A stretch of DNA of 63,440 bases, filler included, from Rhabdomonas costata (taxonomy: Eukaryota): NCBI GenBank assembly GCA_019059605.1. It is 28 parts of 28 records of this genome, joined end to end, with 100 filler letters (N's around TTAATTAATTAA, not from the genome) between each part and the next. Parts side by side here need not be neighbours in the genome. Positions count along the whole stretch, not along the records: positions 22,698 to 24,867 come from JAHMHO010005100.1; positions 24,968 to 27,136 come from JAHMHO010005101.1; positions 27,237 to 29,403 come from JAHMHO010005102.1; positions 29,504 to 31,670 come from JAHMHO010005103.1; positions 31,771 to 33,940 come from JAHMHO010005104.1; positions 34,041 to 36,210 come from JAHMHO010005105.1; 22 more parts are not named here. One strand, written 5' to 3'. A program made the position numbers and the translations under genes. Positions 24,061 through 35,681 of this stretch are shown here, piece by piece. Every line of letters starts with the position of its first letter. Position 1 is the first letter of the stretch. The notes under the pieces were generated by a model. The model searched no databases, had not been told where the DNA came from, and was given only the letters and a program-made list of their open reading frames with translations.

Positions 24061-24967
24061 CATTCATTTGTTCGAGCCTCGAAGGAAACGAGTCCATCAC
24101 GTTCACAGTATGCGGCCTTCATCCGATTATGGGCGGAAGTTGTGGGGAACCTCCCCCTCTCCCGGCACACATGTTGGATCGCTGTATGTCATGATCACAT
24201 TGTCCGAGCCGAATCATGAATCGAGGTCGAGACGGGGCTTTCTGGGGTACCCCTACTCCAGCCGTATTGGCCCTATGGGTCTGGCCTATTTGCCGGCTGG
24301 GGCATTGTATACTTCCGGGCTACCGCTACATCTGGAACTCCTCGAAGCCCAAGGCCGAGCTAAAGGGGGCACCCTTCCACAAGGGGGAGGCGGGTTGTAC
24401 GATGGTGCGGGTGTGGGGCTGTGGCAGCCAGTCAGGATAGGTTCAGCCCACTGGGGAAGTTGCGGACCAATAGTAACCTTTGCTGTCGACTGTGTCGGTT
24501 TCTTTCGGTTCTGTACTACGATTGGTGTGCTGATTTGTTGCCTGCTTCACTTTAAAAGTGAGAATTTTCGAAATTCAATGATAAAAACATGGGAAACTTC
24601 AGTGCAACAAAGGAAGCAGGGCAAAGGGGGTCACCTCCAGAGTCTTTCTCAATCTGTACCATATTGCATTGTTTACTTTGCTTCTTTTTGTTAGCTTGAG
24701 GAAAGTTCTTTTGCGAGTGAACCCTGAATACCTGCGGAGCTTAGTTGTGTGCTCGAAGGGTTTTGCTAGACCTTGTTTATGTGACCCAGCCACGCTGATG
24801 CGCTGACAATTTCACTGAGAGAATACCCGATACAGAAGAAAAGTAAAAATGTGTCCAGTTGAACATCNNNNNNNNNNNNNNNNNNNNNNNNNNNNNNNNN
24901 NNNNNNNNNNNTTAATTAATTAANNNNNNNNNNNNNNNNNNNNNNNNNNNNNNNNNNNNNNNNNNNN

Positions 24968-25966
24968 GCGACGTGCCGGTGGTGGACTGCGGGGGAGGAG
25001 GACTCAGCAAGGCTGGCGCCGTACCGAGTGATCAACAACGCGCTGCGGCCTGCGGGTCGGAAGACGGCGGCGTCGCTTGAGTTGGTGATGCCCGCTGTGG
25101 TGCTTCTGTCGTGGGCACTGGAGAGCCTTCCGAAGACGCCAGAGCTGGGGCGGAAGTCCAGTGCGGTTTTCCGTGTTGTGAAGTGGCTTTTCCCAAGCCC
25201 CCAAACCCATGACCCGCACTCCCACTTCCGCGAGGGCACGGTTGTGACGACATACGACTTCCGGTCAGCGAGCCGATCGCTGGTGATTGCGGCGAACCCG
25301 AACTTCTCGAAGGGTCGGTGGGTTTGCGAGGAGATTCAGGATCCTGGTCATTACGTGCTGCTTGCGGAGCTTCTCCGAGGGATCGACTTTGAGGAGATTC
25401 TTCGAGCGAGTCTGAGTGATCCCAGTCGTCGTGTGGGTCATATTGAGGGGACCGCTTATGACTACGAAGTTGTTGAGCAAGCGAGTCCGATTTCGGTGGT
25501 TGGAGAAGGCCCAGAGGGAATACCGTCGGCCGCTGGGGAAGCTCAGACACTGGCATCGAGCTCCGCCGAGCTGCTCCTGAGGAGCATGGACAGCCCAGTA
25601 ACATTTCGAGCCTTTCGCAGCAAGAACTTCTCGACTCACTTTGTGCTTGAGAATGCGCGGGTGGCGTACGTGGCCCCGCTGAGCTACTTTCCTGAGGAGG
25701 ATGAGGTTCTTTTCCCCCCACTGTCGCGGTTTCTTGTTCGGGAGGTGGAGAAGAACTTCCCCAGGAACCCGGACAAGGTGACGCTGAGCTACCTCAGCCC
25801 GGACGATGCACCTCGCCATGGACCTCCTGCTCCGTCGTCGTCACAACCGCCCTTGAACCCATTGCTGACGCCGCGGGCTGTCGAGATCTGCCCTGTGTCC
25901 TCTCCATGGCCGGCTTCATCCCCTGGAAACCCACTCTTGAGCTGTGGTGCTTCGGAACCAGTGTAA
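24968..25966 (+). CDS. Mono-ADP-ribosyltransferase of the R-S-E (ARTC/exoenzyme-like) clade, 5'-truncated
   Basis: Open frame from the contig start: WWTAGE...PYRVINNALR...ALESLP...VFRVV (R), FRSAS (STS-like), THFVL...VAPLSYFPEEDEVLFPPLSRFLV (ExE). Confidence 0.85.
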   Translation, partial: ATCRWWTAGEEDSARLAPYRVINNALRPAGRKTAASLELVMPAVVLLSWALESLPKTPELGRKSSAVFRVVKWLFPSPQTHDPHSHFREGTVVTTYDFRSASRSLVIAANPNFSKGRWVCEEIQDPGHYVLLAELLRGIDFEEILRASLSDPSRRVGHIEGTAYDYEVVEQASPISVVGEGPEGIPSAAGEAQTLASSSAELLLRSMDSPVTFRAFRSKNFSTHFVLENARVAYVAPLSYFPEEDEVLFPPLSRFLVREVEKNFPRNPDKVTLSYLSPDDAPRHGPPAPSSSQPPLNPLLTPRAVEICPVSSPWPASSPGNPLLSCGASEPV

Positions 25967-27643
25967 TCGTTTCTTTTTTCGGTGCGGGATATTTCAAATC
26001 TTAATGTGTTTCTTAAATTCTTCGTTTTATGGTCCACTTTGGTGAAAGGAGAGCCATTTGAGCCAGGGCTGATGATTCCTGTGTTTGTTCCTCCCCGACC
26101 CCACAGAGTGCAGTTTGAAGCCTGAAAGTTTGTGGTGCACTCTCTGAGGACGCACAAGCGAGCCCTCTGCCAGACAACAACCTCTGGCAAAAACAAGCAT
26201 GGACTTACATTTTAACGGTCATCCCACGAGGCTTCCGATTGATTCTATACTGCCAGAAAAAGAATTTCTGGGAGGATCTCGAGCCCGATTTTAACCAGAA
26301 AATCGGAGCATCAAAACATTAACATGCTAGAACGGCGATATTAACGGCTACTGTTGTGAGTTTTTGTTTTTTGGTTTACTCCTCCACCCGTTCCTCCCCA
26401 TACCTCTCTTTGCAGGCCAAGCGCGTGCCCTTTGTGGGTGGTCTGTGGGTCCACGGGTTAGTGTGGAGTGCCTCGGGTCGTGTGTGCGTGCTTGGCTGTG
26501 CCGAGTTCGTGTGTCGTTTGTTGTCTTTGTGGGAGCTTTTGGAGGATCATCCCTATCATTGTGCCTTTGTGCGCCTTCATCACATTCCATGACGGCCTTA
26601 CGAAACACTCGCTGAAGTCCAGCCTCTGTTTCCATACGTGGGATGGCAGAGGGCCCTGAGTCTTCCTCATCGCCTCCTGTGAGGTTACTTCTCCATCCCC
26701 CCATACTCACGCCTATGATCTTCTCTCAAAATTCGAGCGAGCGCAAAGCTTTTTCTCGATACCGGTGTGTACTTACCCTTTATTGTGGGTTGAGGATTTA
26801 GCTGGTCAGTCATGGGTTTCAATTGTGCTTTCTACGTACATCTGTGACAAGATTATTTGTGAGACACACGCAAGCGGCCCCGTCCCTCGGGAGCCGGTGC
26901 GAAGCAGGTAAAGATTGTCAAGGACCCGTTAATTTGGACAACGAGAATTGGTTTGGAAAAAACTGTAACCATTAACAGGGAGAATAATTACCCCAGTAGG
27001 TTTTTCCTCACATTCAGTGGTTTACAATGACATCTGCGTGTTTTGCGCACATAAGCAAGAGCTCAATCGATTTTTGATCGATTTTGGTACGGACGCAACG
27101 CTTGCCGACGTGGAATGACTAAGAACCCCAACCACCNNNNNNNNNNNNNNNNNNNNNNNNNNNNNNNNNNNNNNNNNNNNTTAATTAATTAANNNNNNNN
27201 NNNNNNNNNNNNNNNNNNNNNNNNNNNNNNNNNNNNAGAATGATTAAAGACAATGGGGGGGCATTTCTCGGAGTATCTTTTTGTTTTTGCCTCGCTGAAG
27301 CCTTGACTGTGAACATCAACTGCTGTTATCACTCTGAGGTCGGCTTTGTTAAGCGAATGGGTCACTCAGTGGAATCGGTGAGCATCGATGAATGACAGAT
27401 GAATGCTCTTACGAGACCACCACGGCGCGTTGTTTATGCCCACCTTTTTCACGCGGGGGAGGCACATGCGGCCTTTGTTGTCGCTGCCGCCTCTTTATAT
27501 CTCTACCTGCCCTTGTGCCTCAGTTCTTTGTTAAGCTGTTGTATCGGTTCCTTCCTCTCTGCCTCTGATATATACACTTCTGCCTCATAAGGGTACACCA
27601 AGAGCGAGCGGGGTGTGGAGGTGGCGCAGGAAAGCCAATCAAA

Positions 27644-29338
27644 ATGTCGGTGCGCCGCCTGGCCCTCTCGCTAAAGCTGCTCCCGTCGCGCATTTTCATC
27701 CGGAGGCAGATCCAGAAGGTACCACTCCAACATGTCACCGTTCCCTACTCCCCTTACCTGCGGTCAGTGGGCATGCCTACGTGCGGAACTGGCCGTTTCA
27801 GAGACATCTCAAGAGCCGTGCCATCTCAAACGTACTCTGACCTAACTTGAATGGGGTTTGCGTACAGCCAGGTGACACAGATGTGGTGGACTGGACCCAC
27901 CGGGGCCCTTCTGAAACTACCTACCTGCCTTAGGTAGTGGGTGCTCACCTTACCCACTGTTGCCAACCCGTTTAATAGAACTTCTGCAAGGAAGGTTGAA
28001 GAACGCACCGAGCGCAGCCGCGGCCAGGAACTCGGGGCCATGAAGTGTCTGCCTTTTCTTTGGACTGTGAAGTAGGGAATGCCCTCAGAGAGATTTTACG
28101 GAGGCAAAAGCAGGTGCGTATCCGCATGGAGGGAGAACGTTTGTTGACTCGAGTGGTGGGCTCTGTCCTGCGAAACGAGAACTTCAGGACGCCTTTTTTG
28201 TTTTAGGGACAGTTGTGTTTGTTTGTTTGCGTTTATGTATGTTTGTGCGATGCCTGCCGAACCAAAAAATCGGATGGCGACAGACTGAAGGGCAAAAACA
28301 TACTGGAACTTGCTGAAGTGGGTTACAGTTGAAGCTCTGCTGCGAGCAGTTTGAAGCCGAGGGCAAGGCGCACTCTGATAAAACCACCTTCAATCAAAAC
28401 CAAAAACGAGAGCAAAAATACCGCGGTGAAGGGATGGGTGTGATTCATTTTTAACATCCCGACCCGGGCTCCAACTACACAGTCTTCTCACATTCAGAAT
28501 GGGTCTAAGTAAGAGGTAAGCTCGCCCCGCTGTTCGGTTGGTCTGTACTTCTGTGCAGTACACCAAGCAAGTGGAGGCCCTGGTGACGGAGGTGCCCTCC
28601 GTCGTGGCGTACCGGATCGGCTCCCGGGTGGATCCCCAGGGGGATCCCTTCCTAACGACCTTCTTGCAGCCCCACCCCCCGACCGGGGCCTCGGTGCTGG
28701 TGGTGGGGATCGACCGTGTGATGGAGCTCCCGAACTACGCGGCGCTGGAGCGGGTCTCCAAGACCCGCCCCGCCGCGGTGGTGTACTGCACAGAGGCCCA
28801 GGCCAGCGTTCCCGTGCTGAGTAGAGCCTTCAAAACCGATGCGCAGAGGAAGGAGGTTTGCACATCTTCTCTGGCGCAGCTTTTTGTCGCAAACCACTGT
28901 CGTCCTAATCGACTGAAGTTTGCAGGCTCCGTTTCTGTATTGTCTGTGTCCTGGTAAAGGACGATCGGTGACACGCTGACAAAACAGCCTGGCATTGTTT
29001 CCACGGGATCAACATCTTGGGTACATCTTGCAACCCAAAGGTTTTTACCCAAACAGGCAGTATTTACTTTCATGGTGTTGGTAACACGTAGTTCGAAGGT
29101 CCTTACCTCTGAGACGTTGCGAATGTCAGTGGTTGAGGATGGCGATGGTTTAGACCCATGGTGCGGGAGTCTTCGATCCCTTCGGGCGCAATTATTACTC
29201 TTCCTGTTCTCTTTTTCTTTTGGGGTTTGGCTAGCCTCTTTCTTTGGCTTTCCGTTTTTCTTCGAAAAAGTTGAACCTAAAAAATGCAAGGCTGAGGAGC
29301 TGCTGCGCGCTGAGGAGGCCCTGGAGAGGCGGGAAGAG
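27644..29338 (+). CDS. Unknown protein with an Arg-rich, acid-free N-terminus (probable mitochondrial targeting peptide)
   Basis: Exons 27644-27718, 28559-28855 and 29291-~29338 are all phase 0 with GT-AG introns: MSVRRLALSLKLLPSRIFIRRQIQK|YTKQVEALVTEVPSVVAYRIG...|AEELLRAEEALERREE. Strong GC3 bias in exon 2. Confidence 0.6.
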
Positions 29339-31942
29339 TAATAATTGCGCCCGAAGGGATCGAAGACTCCCGCACCATGGGTCTAAACCATCGCCACCCC
29401 AACNNNNNNNNNNNNNNNNNNNNNNNNNNNNNNNNNNNNNNNNNNNNTTAATTAATTAANNNNNNNNNNNNNNNNNNNNNNNNNNNNNNNNNNNNNNNNN
29501 NNNGGCTGGCGAGACGGCAGCAACAGCAAAAGAAGGACGCTGGGGAACAGCGCCGCCGCTTTGCGTGGGCACCCTGCATCAAACGATTGTGCCACCGTGG
29601 ACACGCTTGTTGGGATAGCTGCTGCTACGTTACCCGTTGGGCTAATATGAGAGGACGGTCGGCGTTTTCAAAAGTCGGGGTCCAAAAAGTACACCTTGAA
29701 ATACCACGGTATTTTCTTGGTTTTCTAATGGTCATGCCGGCAAAAGAAGCGTGTTCTGGGGGTGTTTTGGGGGTTGGAAGAAGTTCGGGAAGAAAACACA
29801 GCAGCGCAAACGCAATGGCTCAGGCACTTCACTCAGGAATAGGTGGTCAAACACTGTAGCTAGACAAGTGACAACGGCAATAGTAGCGCCTTCTATGGAT
29901 GCTCAATGGAAGGACTAGAAGGATCAAACCATGAGAAAAGACGGACCCCATCACCAACCGCGACACTGGTAAAACATCAACAGAAACAGAAACCTTTGGT
30001 CAGGGAAAGCAGCAAGAAGCGGCGCGGTTCTTGGGCTGAACTCGATTTCCCTGAATCCTGTGCAAGCGGCGGGGAGCAATTGAGGTGAAAAGTCGATTGG
30101 CGGGGTGATATACGGACCAGGGTGGGCTAGAGACAGAGCAGGTAATCAGGACACAGAGCCAAATGTTTGCAGGCAGTCCCGCGGCCACCAACAGATGAAG
30201 GAAGATCTGAAGCAGCACTGGAGCTCACCCAAACCTCTGTCCTGCACACATACCAGCGGAAGAGTAAGGATCCCGAACATAGCCCAACTCTGGCATTGCG
30301 TCTCCTCTCCTTTCTTGAGAAAATGCAAAAGAAAAAAGCTGGGCATAAAAGAAGCATCGTGGGGTGACCAGTGTACACCTCTGAAAGGGCATGCTCAGCG
30401 TCAGATTCCGAATGCGGAGATTCAGTCCAAAAAACACAAGCACCTAGGATCTTGGGCCGCATGCTGGAGCAGCATGCGGCCCAAAACATCCAGGAAAGGA
30501 CCCATAATATACCTCCATCGCCACTTAACCCAATTACAAAGCTTCTATTGGAATCACAGGGAACCCGTGCATCACCACCTAACCCCCTGCCATCTCCTTT
30601 GGGGAGGGGGGGCATAAATGCACTTGCGCCAATTAAACCTGCACGTTTTCGCGAATTTTGTGGAGAGAATCTGACACGACCATCCATTCTGACAATCCCT
30701 CACCATGATTGCCAGCGGTTATTGGTGTACAGAACACCGTAAAAAAAGCAGATAGCTCGCCGAAAACTCTTACCGTGTGATCGTATGGACAGCCACCAGC
30801 AATGAATGAATTACAACTTGCGCAACGAAGAGGAATAAATCGCGGGATGTGTATGGAAATGCAAAGGAAAGGGAACGGCCAAAGGCAAGGCAAAGGCAAG
30901 CAACAGACACCCTACGACCGGGAAAGCCACTCGGCCAAGAGAAAGACAAGAAAGCTGCCCCAGATAGCAAAGAGAGATTCGAAAGGGAGATCACAGGGGA
31001 GGGAAGGGAACATGAGGAAGGGAACCAAGGAGGCTGGAAAGAGTGAGAGGGCGTGAGAAGCAATAAAAAAGGAACAGCAAGCCCAGTACCTCAGTGAATA
31101 ATCTCAGTCACGTGTGATACGAAAAGTAGTACGAAGGCAAACCACTCTCTCCGCACTCCCAATATCGTCTCCTGCTATTCCATGAGAGGAGAGCAAAGAA
31201 AAGACATTGTCCCCAAGTCATCCACTCTCATGAAAGTACGGACGCTCAACACCGTCTCATACAGGGCAGGGCAACAACCAAGACCTCGCGCTCCCACTCA
31301 AAAAAAGTAAAAGGAAGGGAACGCCGAAAAAACATGACCCGTGTGTAAACCCATCCATCCGACCAAGTTCACCCATACGGGATGTAGACACCACAGAGGG
31401 AAGGGAGAGAAGAGAAAGCGTCAATTTATGGGCCCCAAAGGGAATACTCACCCTACGCATAACATGCCCGCAAACCAGCACGGCTATACAAATGTGGCAG
31501 AGCTTCGCCCCACAAGACCCCCGGTTTCTGCTCAACGGTAACAGCAGTCCCAGTTTTATCAGCTCAAGCTGTGATGGCAACCTCAACCTCAGCAAATCCC
31601 TTCTCCGCCACGGCTAAGTGGTTCGAGGCCACCGCAAACGTCACATATGAACAGGAAAACCCATCACCCCNNNNNNNNNNNNNNNNNNNNNNNNNNNNNN
31701 NNNNNNNNNNNNNNTTAATTAATTAANNNNNNNNNNNNNNNNNNNNNNNNNNNNNNNNNNNNNNNNNNNNGTGGGGGTGGGGTGCGGAAACAGCTTGACC
31801 TGTATCAGGTTCCAGACAACCTAGAGGACAATTCGAAGAATTCGAAGATATACAGTTCGCGTAAAAAAAAAGGAGCAAAACCAGTGAAGATGAATAGCTC
31901 AGTAATGCACAAGGCAAAGAAGTGTCGCAAAGAAGGCAGCAC

Positions 31943-33853
31943 CTGCAGCAGCAGAAAGAAGCCAGAGCCGATGGCAGCCACCCAGGCTGAAACGGGAGAG
32001 GAAAAAGCAAAACATATAAAGCAGGTCAACAAATGAATACAAACAACACACTGCTGCACGCATTCGTGGATGGTGAGGGGCAATACGACGCCCTAAAGTC
32101 CATGGAGTTGACAGTGATGTCCAGGCCTCGAATATCAATCAAATTGTCTTTGGCAGATGCGCAAACTCTACCCAGAACCACACGCCTGCTTTTTTTTTTT
32201 GGAAAAGGATTGGTGACCAATCGTGAGGGCGAAGCCGAAGCAGGCCCGGGGTCTTTGTATGTACAGAGGGCCTCCCAAAACGAAAAGAATTGGAATCGAG
32301 CGAGATGATGGATCAGCACAGGTGTCCACATCCCTACTGTCGGCAGTGACCACACATCAAGGGAACATTGTCACCGCCCCTGCAACCCCTGTGACATATG
32401 TGGGGTGCTCCCAACCTCTCCACATTCGTGCCAGTATCGTACGCTAACCTCCCTCCCCTCCTGCAACGTTAAAATGTATGCAATTGAGATTGAGCAGGAT
32501 GCTGCAAAAAAAACAATGTTAAAACCCTGTGCGCTGAAACACTGAAACAGAATGTGAACAATGGCATAGATGTGGCACTGATGTCGGTGTTTGGTCCATG
32601 GAGATGATTACTTACGGGTTTGGGCACCTCGCGGGGGGGTGTGGAGGTGCGCGATGCGACAGCCTCGCCCAACAACCCACACAAAAGGCCTCTGCCGCAC
32701 CGTAGCCCTGGAAGAACCGCGAGGTCCACAGGAAGGGGAGCACAAGCAGCACAGCAAACAAGAGGGTCTTCAGCAGCCAGAACCGCGCCTGAATGGCGCA
32801 CATCATCTCTGCCATGCAGGTCATCAGTGGCGAGGATAGCACTCCGAAAAGGATGAAGAACAGCTGCGCACCCGAACACACACACAAACTTGCAGCATGC
32901 ATGTAGAAATTACTGCCCTGAAAAATATCAGCACTGAAGTCCATGTCAGCATTAATACTAATGTGAGGTCAACGGGCTGATGGATCTTGCAGTGAATCTG
33001 GAGTGTTCTGCAGCAGTAGCAGCGGAGTACATTTCCTTTCACTGTGCACGGTATCGTTCGCAGCTGTGTCAGACGTGGGTAGGGAAACACGCAAATTCGC
33101 ACACCAGCATCCCAAAGCTGATCCGATATACCGCCGCAGCAGACTGGCAATCAAAATTATCCCCGCACGTGTCCTGCACAGCTGAGCGAGGAATACGCGA
33201 TGAAGCGGTTTTACACACGCGAGGCGCAGACTTAAAGTTAACTCACGGCGACTGGACAAAACTGAAAAGGATTTCAGTAGCCCGAGCTTATGCTCTTTTG
33301 GTCTTCTCAATGGACGTAGACCCCGCACCGCTTGGATATGATAATTGGGACATGATAATGAGATTCCAAGAGTCAATCGCCATAGACATGTCCTTCATGC
33401 GAAGTGGGCGGTGGGGGAAGGAGATGATCCAATCCACGTCTTCGGACTCTTTCCCCATGCCGTACCGCGAGATCGTGTTACTATCCAAAACCCCTTCCCA
33501 CGGTGGCCCCCAGTTATCACTGGGTCGCGGCTGGTGTTCGAGCGTCGGCTTACATACGAACGGTGATGGTATTAACCATGGCTGTTTTGAAAAAGAAGGA
33601 ATTCAAAGAGGAAAGGAGGCGAAAATGACAACTGACTGGTCCCCAAAGACCTCAGGACTAATTCATCGCAATGCCTCACCTTTCGTTTCTTTGTATCCCT
33701 TTCTTCCGTCCCCTTCCTCCGAGTTGGTGGTGTGCCATACAGGGAATGTGGCTGACGGCCCCGAACAGGCCATTGCGGAGAAGCCAGGCCACCAGGAAGC
33801 CCACAACAATGTAGAACACGAACCGCAGCCGAACCACACTGGCCTCGGACAGT
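31943..33853 (-). CDS. SERINC: Serine incorporator (SERINC/TMS1/TDE family) membrane protein, N-terminal fragment
   Basis: Exons 33853-33741, 33181-33105, 32863-32701 and 31986-31943 are phase-compatible: ...TCGDNFDCQSAAAVYRISFGML|LFFILF...AIQARFWLLKTLL...FFQGY|AWVAAIGSGFFLLLQ. Matches SERINC motifs AVYRISF, IQxxFWxxK and GxxxFxLxQ. Confidence 0.9.
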
Positions 33854-34040
33854 CTGCACACCCCCACCCCACCCCCACCACCGGCAATAAAGAAAGAGAA
33901 AGGGAAAGAGAACACACGCGCCCGCGTGGCACATTTCATGNNNNNNNNNNNNNNNNNNNNNNNNNNNNNNNNNNNNNNNNNNNNTTAATTAATTAANNNN
34001 NNNNNNNNNNNNNNNNNNNNNNNNNNNNNNNNNNNNNNNN

Positions 34041-34631
34041 GTGGTGGGTGTGTTTGGGTGTGGTTGGTGGGGGCGGATCCAGGTCTTGAGTCAGCACTGC
34101 GAGAGCGCGCTGGTGATCGCACCGGCGACCTTCTTGGGGTAGATCCTGCGGTTGAGTTGAGGAATGGCGGGTAGATCCAGTTGCTACAAACGTAAAACTT
34201 AAAAATCTGCCCACCATAAGAAACAATGTATCATCCCACGTCATCCCACAGTAATCATGGCAATGTTAGATTTCGCTTCGTGTTGGAACAAAAAATCAGT
34301 CAAAGAGGAAAGAGTATGCAATAATGTATAGATGCCGATGCGCCAGCTAAGGCCACAGAGGACACACTCATACAACGTAAAGATATGAGTGCTTAACATC
34401 GAAGCGTGTGTGATGGTCCCGTCTTGACAAGCCCTTGATAATTCTTCGCAGATGGGTTGAGCATCCGCCCCCCCACACACACACACCTCGGCTGGAAATG
34501 GATTCGCGATCACTTTGGCTCGACTGCTCGGAGCTATCCAAGTCCTCTAGCTTGGCATCGCCGTCCTCGTCGTCACTGCCTCGATCACTGGAGCGATCTT
34601 TGCCGCCCTGGTTCCGAGAGCGACGGGACAT
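34041..34631 (-). CDS. Hypothetical protein, N-terminal low-complexity Ser/Asp/Arg-rich exons
   Basis: ATG at 34631 to a GTGTGT donor after 34487, then a phase-compatible acceptor TTTGTAG at 34184 with an open frame to the contig end. No family recognised. Confidence 0.4.
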
Positions 34632-35387
34632 CGTTCTCCCTATCTCCGTGCCCTCAAGTGTATTTTTCTTACCTTTGGACTTGGGCTGGCCCACTCACCT
34701 GAGCATCGTCGATTGAGGGTCAATGATCAAAAAGTAATGCGAGCAATATGCAGAAACACACAGGGGAGTGTACAAGTAAAAGAAATGGTTGCACGCAAAG
34801 CCAAAGGCTTTTGAGAAAAGAGGCCAGACCCGTGAGTACTGGGCGATGGGAAGGGCTTCCTAACGATGCTTGCGAATTTGCGTATAAAAAATACAGATAA
34901 TCTTGTTCAGGATTCAAACAACTTGAGAGGCCTACCCAGCTTCGGTTTGCATCGGTAAAAAAAACGCCCCATAGGCCATAGGACGGGAACAACCCACACA
35001 CGGTCACAACCACGTGGCGCCGTAGAACTGTGGAGAACCGCACGGTTTCGATTGGTAGTTGGCACTGGGGAATGCAAACGATGTTGGCTGACTTATGCTC
35101 AAGGGAATTATTGGTGAACTTCCTGAAACGCTCTCTGCGTATATGATATCAAAGCTTCCTTCGTGTCAGCAAAGTCATCCAATGGTTACACTTTAACGTC
35201 GTTTTAGAGGACACGCCACTGACTGAACTCTCATTTTACACCATTGTCCATTCCGCCGCTGAAAACATGCAGGCGTCAAAGGACCGACTTCAGACTGACC
35301 ACCCACGGCCCAGTTTCGGTGTTGCAGGTATTGCAAGCTTCAGACTGCAAAGGAAAAGGCAACGGAACAAAGCAGTGCTATAACTCT

Positions 35388-35681
35388 TTAGGCAGAATCA
35401 GTGGGAGCACTTCTTGGTCTCAGAAATGGAAACAGGGTGAACAATCCATCGCAGCAAGCAGGCGGGGACTCCAGCTGTCCCAGTCTTCCCAGAGTCTCCA
35501 GAAGTCGGAAAGACCTCTCTGCAGAAACTTCAGCATCTTCACTGCTCAGCAAAGAAAGCTCTTCAGCCAGGGCCTTGCACCGCAAATGCTGCCGGAGGAA
35601 AGCTCCCGAAAGCCATGCCAAGTACTCAAGCCAGTCATCCGGCAACGGAAGCAGCGAGCTCTCACTGGCCAAAGTGAAGTC
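35388..35681 (-). CDS. Probable terminal exon of an unknown alpha-helical protein
   Basis: Acceptor TTTCTTTATGTCAG then DFTLASESSLLPLPDDWLEYLAWLSGAFLRQHL...SFRLLETLGRLG...*. Confidence 0.4.
   Translation of the reverse strand, partial: DFTLASESSLLPLPDDWLEYLAWLSGAFLRQHLRCKALAEELSLLSSEDAEVSAERSFRLLETLGRLGQLESPPACCDGLFTLFPFLRPRSAPTDSA

Noticed and set aside
22698..27136. Apparent ART gene cluster in neighbouring contigs
   Set aside because: The copies are separated by an artificial spacer, and contig order appears to reflect length, so physical linkage is unsupported.
29140..29396. Perfect 65-bp inverted repeat (29140-29204 / 29332-29396)
   Set aside because: It starts mid-exon at a GGAAGAG/CTCTTCC microhomology and runs to the contig end: template-switch artefact. 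The TAA it creates is probably not the real stop.
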